A DNA stretch of 32,000 nucleotides from Candidatus Helarchaeota ASGARD archaeon Hel_GB_B (GTDB lineage Archaea > Asgardarchaeota > Lokiarchaeia > Helarchaeales > HEL-GB-B). Made by a program: the position numbers and the translations under genes. This document shows positions 26,479 through 32,000 of the stretch, in pieces (the stretch's first letter is position 1; every line of letters begins with the position of its first letter). The notes beneath the pieces are model-generated. The model saw only the letters and a list, made by a program, of their open reading frames with translations. It ran no database searches and was not told the DNA's origin. The DNA lies in the NCBI GenBank assembly GCA_005191425.1, contig SUPR01000011.1, forward strand, positions 20,327 through 52,326, read 5' to 3'.

Positions 26479-27798
26479 ATGAATAGTTATCCAGACGAAT
26501 CAGACGATTTCTTAGAATTTAATGGGCATAAAGTCTATTTTAAGAATTCTGAAAATATGCGTGAAATTCCAGACAATTCTATACAATTAGTAATTACTTC
26601 ACCACCTTATGGGACGATTAAAGATTACGGGACTAAGTATCAAATCGGATTTAATGACGGATTTGAAACATATATTCAACGATTAACTAATGTCTGGAGA
26701 GAATGTTTTCGTATCTTGGAACCACAATGTAGATTAGTAATTAATGTGGGCGATCAATATCTAAGAAAAACTGAGTATAAACGATATCGAATATTTTCAA
26801 TTCATTCAGCAATAATAGAAGAATGTTTAAAGATTGGATTTGATTATTTGGGTGATATAATTTGGCAAAAAATATCTACAACAAATACTACCGGTGGATG
26901 CTCTTTAATGGGCTCAGTTTATTATCCTAGAAATGGGTTATTAACTTATGATTATGAACATATTCTAATTTTTAAAAAATGGAATGGTAAAGAACGAAAA
27001 GTTAATCTAAAAACTAAAGAACTATCCAAAATTTGTCTAGATGAATGGAAAAATTGGTATAATGGACATTGGATCTTCCCGGGCATTCAACAAAAAGAAC
27101 ACATAGCAATGTTCCCCGAAGAATTACCTTATAGAATAATTAGAATGTTCTCATATATTGGTGATACTGTATTAGACCCTTTCTTGGGTTCAGGAACTGT
27201 TCTTAAAGTTGCCGATCAGTTAAAACGAAAAGGCATTGGGTATGAAATAAATAAAAATTTTAAACAGATAATTATCAAGAAATTAACAGCACGAGATACA
27301 GATAATAGAAAAGATTTTCATAAATTATTGATGTTTTTAGCTCAATATGAGAAATTAAATAAATTAAAATTTAATTTCGAGTTATCTAAAAGAAAAGGAT
27401 ATACTGTTGTTTCCGATTTGGAATATAAGAAAAATATAGCGATAGATATTTTAATTACTGACAAAATTTCAAATTCTAATGAATTAAACGACCTTATTAA
27501 AAAGAAGATAAATGAAAATAATATCCAAAATTTTTTAAAATCAATAACAAATCCTGAAATCAATAAAATTTACAAATTTTTAATTATATTAACGTATTTA
27601 CCAAAAGAGTTTGGCAATATTTTAACAAAATTTAATCGAAAATTTGCAAATAAACTAAAATTCATAGAGTGGGATAAATTTTATAATAACTATGCATATA
27701 TACAACGAATATTATCAGAGAATAATTCAGGTTCTAAAATTTCTAATGAGAAAATAAAAAATTTAAATTATTTTCTGAAAAAAAAGTTAATTTCATGA
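26479..27798 (+). CDS. Beta-class amino DNA methyltransferase (N4-C/N6-A) with ~170-aa C-terminal extension
   Basis: ITSPPY (motif IV) precedes HIAMFP and VLDPFLGSGT (motif I). SPPY suggests m4C but does not prove it. Confidence 0.88.
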   Translation: MNSYPDESDDFLEFNGHKVYFKNSENMREIPDNSIQLVITSPPYGTIKDYGTKYQIGFNDGFETYIQRLTNVWRECFRILEPQCRLVINVGDQYLRKTEYKRYRIFSIHSAIIEECLKIGFDYLGDIIWQKISTTNTTGGCSLMGSVYYPRNGLLTYDYEHILIFKKWNGKERKVNLKTKELSKICLDEWKNWYNGHWIFPGIQQKEHIAMFPEELPYRIIRMFSYIGDTVLDPFLGSGTVLKVADQLKRKGIGYEINKNFKQIIIKKLTARDTDNRKDFHKLLMFLAQYEKLNKLKFNFELSKRKGYTVVSDLEYKKNIAIDILITDKISNSNELNDLIKKKINENNIQNFLKSITNPEINKIYKFLIILTYLPKEFGNILTKFNRKFANKLKFIEWDKFYNNYAYIQRILSENNSGSKISNEKIKNLNYFLKKKLIS

Positions 27799-27855
27799 TA
27801 AAAAAATTGATTATAAAAAAATTGAATTTAGAATATAAACCCATGCTATCAAATA

Positions 27856-28745
27856 TTATTCCTTTTTATATATTTTTAATGTTAATTGATCACCTAGAGA
27901 TAGATTCAAGGATTTATCTATAAAATCTTGGTTCTTAGAAAATTCTAAATTACCATGACTTCCAATATCGCCACGAAATCTTTGCTCCTAACTTCGCTAT
28001 ATGTCCTTTTAAATGGAAATTCGATTTTTGCAAACGATTTCGACTCATCAAATACATTACCTTTACAAATTCTAATGATTATGTTATTTAGATCTTGAAT
28101 TTTATTTGTTTTTTTAAGTTTATCAATTAATTCCATGACTATTTTTTCAGGGATATTCGTAATTATATTTCCAAAATTATCAATGTCTAAAATATTAAAT
28201 GTTATTTCATTAGTGGGCTTGACTATTCCATAAGAATAGAACATGTTATCATTTTTTTCAATATTTTTAATTTCTTCCCCAAAATTTTCGATATCAACAC
28301 CGTTTGCACAATGTGCAGCGATAGGTGCGAATATATCACTTCCATGAAAAGTATTGGATATATTTGACATAAAATACCTTTTATTTTCTAATGCAATAAT
28401 TTTGTCTATTCCATCATTATACGCTAACAGACTTAGAACGCCATTATCTGGGCCAATTAAAAAATATTTTTTTGTTTTAATTAAAATGGGCAATCTTATA
28501 GACCCAATTCTGGGGTCAACAACTATTACATGAATTGTATTTTTTGGAAAATATTTACCAGAATTTAGCAAAATAAGAGCAGCTTTTAGAATATTGAATT
28601 TTGGAACATTATGACTTATGTCAATAATTTAAATATCTTCTTGAACAATCGATTATATAACGCCTTTCATTATTCCTCCATAGGGATCTGATGTACCAAA
28701 ATCCGTTAATAAAGTAATAATTCTAGAACCCATAATAACAGCCAT
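27856..28745 (-). pseudogene. SAM hydroxide adenosyltransferase / chlorinase-fluorinase family (DUF62) pseudogene
   Basis: Manual translation from ATG 28745 gives ...IITLLTDFGTSDPYGGIMKGVI*SIVQEDI*IIDISHNV..., with TAA at 28653-28655 and 28629-28631, continuing in frame into the 27945-28571 ORF (VDP, GPDNG, DNFGNIITN). Near 27966 a 1-nt frameshift moves the conserved IGSHGNLEFSKNQ...LGDQL tail into another frame that ends at 27856. Confidence 0.88.
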
Positions 28746-28948
28746 TTATTTTTTTTTAGGAAAATCTTTTATTAATATTTGAAATGAACAATTCAATTTA
28801 AAGAATTTTTTAATATTTTCAATTTAAAATCAAATTTTGATTAAAATAAAAAGTTTTAAAAAAAATTAAATAATGTATTAGATACTTCAAAAATGATTTA
28901 ATATACAAAAATAGAAAGTATTTTCAGTAAAAGTAGTGCGGATTAAAA

Positions 28949-30106
28949 ATGATTGATCTTGAAACAGAACTATTAATGATCCCAGGGCCAGTTAAATTTC
29001 ATCCTAGAATATATCGTGCCATGTCAAGACCAATAATTGGGCATAGGACTAAAGAATTTAGTGAATTGATGAAGGATACCACCGAAAAATTCCAAAAATT
29101 ATTAAAGACGAAAAATGACGTCTTTTTTATAACAGGTTCCAGTACAACAGCAATGGAATCGGCTATTGCCTCATTAGTCGCACCTAATGATAAAGTATTA
29201 ACAATAATTCAGGGAAAATTTTCCGAACGATGGGTAGACATAATAAAAGCATATCAGGGAATACCGGTCGAACTAAATATTGAATGGAGAAAAGCAGTTC
29301 TACCTGATGATATTATACCTATTTTAGAAAAAGAGCCAGACATTAAATTTATTACCTTATGTCATAATGAAACTTCAACTGGAATACTAAATCCTGGAAA
29401 AGAAATTGGAAAAATTGCTCGCGAATACAATAAAATTTTAATTGCAGATTGTGTGACCTCAGTAGGTGGAGATTATGTTCTACCTGATGATTGGAATTTT
29501 GATATCGTAGCAACTGGCGCTCAAAAATGTATCGGAGTGCCACCAGGTTTAGGAATTATAATGGTAGGACCAAGGGCATGGGAAATCATAAACAATCGAA
29601 AAAACATCCCGTCTTTATATTTTAACTTAAAATTATACAAAAAGCAATATGAAAAAAATAACCAAACACCATTTACTCCATCAGTACCACTCATTTGTGC
29701 TTTAAATGAGAGCCTTAACATAATGTTTGAAGAAGGTTATGATAATCGAGTAAAAAGACACCGCTTAATGGGAAAAGCACTTCGGGAAGGAATTAAAGCA
29801 CTTGGACTAAAATTATTCGCTGATGAAAAATATGCGTCCAATACAGTTACTTCAATTTTATATCCACCAAAAATTGATGATAAAATATTAAGACAAAAAA
29901 TGAGAGAAAAGGGTGTTTTAATCGCTGGAGGTCAAGGAAAATTAAAAAATAAAATTTTTAGAATCGCTCATATGAATATGTGTAGTAAAAAAGACATCTT
30001 GTTAACTCTATCAATTCTAGAGATCTGTCTAAAAGAACTAGGCTTTAATTTAAGATTAGGATCGGGTGTAGCTGCTGCACAAGAAATATTTTTAACCAAT
30101 AAATAA
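28949..30106 (+). CDS. Class V PLP-dependent aminotransferase (serine-pyruvate / alanine-glyoxylate / archaeal phosphoserine aminotransferase-like)
   Basis: LLMIPGP, HNETSTG, ADCVTS, TGAQKCIG (PLP Lys), TPFTP and FRIAHM motifs. Confidence 0.92.
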   Translation: MIDLETELLMIPGPVKFHPRIYRAMSRPIIGHRTKEFSELMKDTTEKFQKLLKTKNDVFFITGSSTTAMESAIASLVAPNDKVLTIIQGKFSERWVDIIKAYQGIPVELNIEWRKAVLPDDIIPILEKEPDIKFITLCHNETSTGILNPGKEIGKIAREYNKILIADCVTSVGGDYVLPDDWNFDIVATGAQKCIGVPPGLGIIMVGPRAWEIINNRKNIPSLYFNLKLYKKQYEKNNQTPFTPSVPLICALNESLNIMFEEGYDNRVKRHRLMGKALREGIKALGLKLFADEKYASNTVTSILYPPKIDDKILRQKMREKGVLIAGGQGKLKNKIFRIAHMNMCSKKDILLTLSILEICLKELGFNLRLGSGVAAAQEIFLTNK

Positions 30107-30167
30107 AATTTTAAAATTCAGATAAATATAAGTTGCATAATTATTTTGTAAGTTAGAGGGTGTAATT

Positions 30168-30719
30168 GTGAGAATCCTCATAATTGGTGATTTCCATTAC
30201 CCAGACCGAGCAGATTTTCCTAATGAAATTTTTGAATATTTAAATGGTGAAAAATTCGATTTGGTCTTATGTACTGGGGATTTAACTGAACTCTCGATTT
30301 TAGATGAATTAAAGAAATTTGGCCCAGTTAAAATTGTTCAAGGAAATATGGACTGGAAATTCAAACACCCTAATAAACATGTTATATCAATTAAAAATCT
30401 TAAAATAGGTCTAATTCATGGACACCAAGTCCATCCAAGAGGAAATCTTGAAAAATTATCAGCACTTGCAAAATCAATGGGAGTAAATATCTTAATTTCG
30501 GGGCACACGCATAAACAATCTATAATAAAATATGCAGGAGGGAAACTTTTAATTAATCCCGGGAGCGCTTCAGGAGCTTGGAGTTTTGTTGCAGATGGTA
30601 TCCCATCATTTATAATAATGGAAACAGATGAAGAAAATGTGTTCATTGAAAAAATTCGTTTGATTAACAATAATTTTGAGAGAGAACCTTTATCATTTAG
30701 AATATCAGAACTGAAATGA
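30168..30719 (+). CDS. Vps29-like / MJ0936-family metallophosphoesterase
   Basis: GDFH, LCTGDL, VQGNMD, IGLIHGHQV, ILISGHTH, INPGSA and IPSF motifs, collinear with eukaryotic Vps29 as I recall it. GTG start with GGGTG upstream. Confidence 0.85.
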   Translation: MRILIIGDFHYPDRADFPNEIFEYLNGEKFDLVLCTGDLTELSILDELKKFGPVKIVQGNMDWKFKHPNKHVISIKNLKIGLIHGHQVHPRGNLEKLSALAKSMGVNILISGHTHKQSIIKYAGGKLLINPGSASGAWSFVADGIPSFIIMETDEENVFIEKIRLINNNFEREPLSFRISELK

Positions 30720-30826
30720 ATCGATAGGGATAATTTTATTGTTTTTAATTCTATAAAATAAAAATTAAACCTAAATGTAATATTTATTCAAATCATTTTT
30801 ACATTTGTATTTTTGTAATTTTTTAA

Positions 30827-31720
30827 TTAAAATCGTCCAAACCATTTCCAATTCGCTGGATATATTATTATATAGGAAAAATAATTCTTAGATAATAACG
30901 ATTTTAAACATGATCTACAAACACCAGAATAGAAAATCGAAGGACTATCTAATAATTGGTAAAAAATGTAGAACTTAAAAACATGGTTCGCGCATTTATA
31001 GCAATATCTATTTTTCTTTTCATAATTCCATATGTATTTATTTTTCTTATTTATTATAAAATCAATTAATAATGTATCAATAGGAGGTAAATTTTTTGGA
31101 AAAATACCATGTATTTCTAAATTATCATAATATATGTCATCCTGAAGTTTTTCTAAACAATTAATACATATATCTGACCGAAACTGCCACTTATATGCGC
31201 CAATGTATGGTATATCTTCTGAACTATCTTCATCATCATCGGTATTATATTCATCATCACGTGTATAGATAAAATAAAAATCTGACTCAGATTTGCAGAA
31301 ATTACAAAAATTATATATATCGCTCCGCTTATTATAACGGATTTTTATATAGTCTAAATGATAATAATCACAAAATAAAATATTCAATAACGATAACTCA
31401 AATTTCTTTATAATAGAAATATTTTTTATGAATTTTGATGTATCTATCTCAAAATCTACAACATAATTATCTAAATCTTTGTAATTATTATATTCTTGAT
31501 CATCAATAAAATAGTTTTTATCTACTTTTGTAAATTTACATGGAATTGAGAATTGTCCGTGTCCACTCCATGTCTTAAATGAGCCAATAAATTCTTTTTG
31601 ATTTATATTTTTAATTTTATATACATGATTTCCAAAGAGTGGAGAACCAATATCAAGATTATAATTGAAAATTTTCTTTGCTTTATTTAATACATTAACA
31701 TAAATATCTATCATTTTCAT
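30827..31720 (-). CDS. Hypothetical protein with two putative Zn-binding modules
   Basis: 297 aa with AAGGAG RBS upstream of the ATG. CNFC...CINC and CYKC...CRSC pairs; acidic insert EYNTDDDEDSSED. Confidence 0.6.
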   Translation of the reverse strand: MKMIDIYVNVLNKAKKIFNYNLDIGSPLFGNHVYKIKNINQKEFIGSFKTWSGHGQFSIPCKFTKVDKNYFIDDQEYNNYKDLDNYVVDFEIDTSKFIKNISIIKKFELSLLNILFCDYYHLDYIKIRYNKRSDIYNFCNFCKSESDFYFIYTRDDEYNTDDDEDSSEDIPYIGAYKWQFRSDICINCLEKLQDDIYYDNLEIHGIFPKNLPPIDTLLIDFIINKKNKYIWNYEKKNRYCYKCANHVFKFYIFYQLLDSPSIFYSGVCRSCLKSLLSKNYFSYIIIYPANWKWFGRF

Positions 31721-32000
31721 TTTATATATCTCCTTATTTTACAAAACTATTTTAATTATGTATTTTATATATTGAGTTAAATCTTTTTTGATTTCGGTAT
31801 TCTATATTTTTAATTCTTCTTTAAATCCATTTTCAATTCTTTAAGTTTCTCCTTTTTTTATCCAAATACCCATATAAAATATGAAATAAATTTAGTTTTT
31901 ATATTAATGAATTACAATTAAAAAGTATTTAAAACTATATAGCAGAAAAAGATAAGGACACCTTTTGTTAAGGTTTAAATGAATTTATTTTTATACTATT

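Noticed and set aside
28629-28655. TAA reassignment or readthrough in the DUF62 gene
   Set aside because: TAA terminates many intact genes in this window, and the same gene also has a frameshift and motif decay.
4211-29721. Short ORF-track entries overlapping longer genes (e.g. 4211-4393, 5047-5319, 8314-8652, 11345-11578, 12169-12600, 14781-15038, 17596-17892, 18257-18457, 18390-18743, 21749-21973, 22277-22474, 23491-23874, 24399-24581, 25939-26196, 27342-27563, 29352-29543, 29521-29721; also 30416-30670)
   Set aside because: Each lies within a well-supported gene on the other strand or in another frame, has no motif, and shows antisense-shadow composition.
31721-32000. Possible gene remnant on the minus strand (MGIWIKKGET*RIENGFKEELKI*...)
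   Set aside because: Multiple stops, very short, and no recognisable homology; indistinguishable from AT-rich intergenic DNA.

Overview
Very AT-rich archaeal chromosomal window with about 32 genes. I recognised no rRNA, tRNA, CRISPR array or mobile element. Archaeal-type Srp54, aIF5A, Nob1, RtcA, MptA and MptD occur with roadblock, longin-like, small-GTPase-like and Vps29-like proteins, which points to an Asgard archaeon (inference, not verified). All product calls rest on motifs recognised by eye, without database searches. Main highlights: (1) a tightly packed five-gene run (PurM/HypE-like ATPase, DUF1464 ASKHA kinase, MptA, two tandem Pol-beta nucleotidyltransferase/OB-fold paralogues) beside mptD and a DUF447 gene, which looks like a pterin or C1-carrier biosynthesis cluster containing enzymes of unknown role; (2) a steroid 5-alpha-reductase (SRD5A)-like gene divergent from an extended SDR and followed by a regulator; (3) a divergent pair of longin-type genes, one fused to a degenerate small GTPase; (4) features the ORF track misses: a 5'-partial macrodomain gene, a probable ATT start codon, and a DUF62 pseudogene with two in-frame TAA stops and a frameshift.
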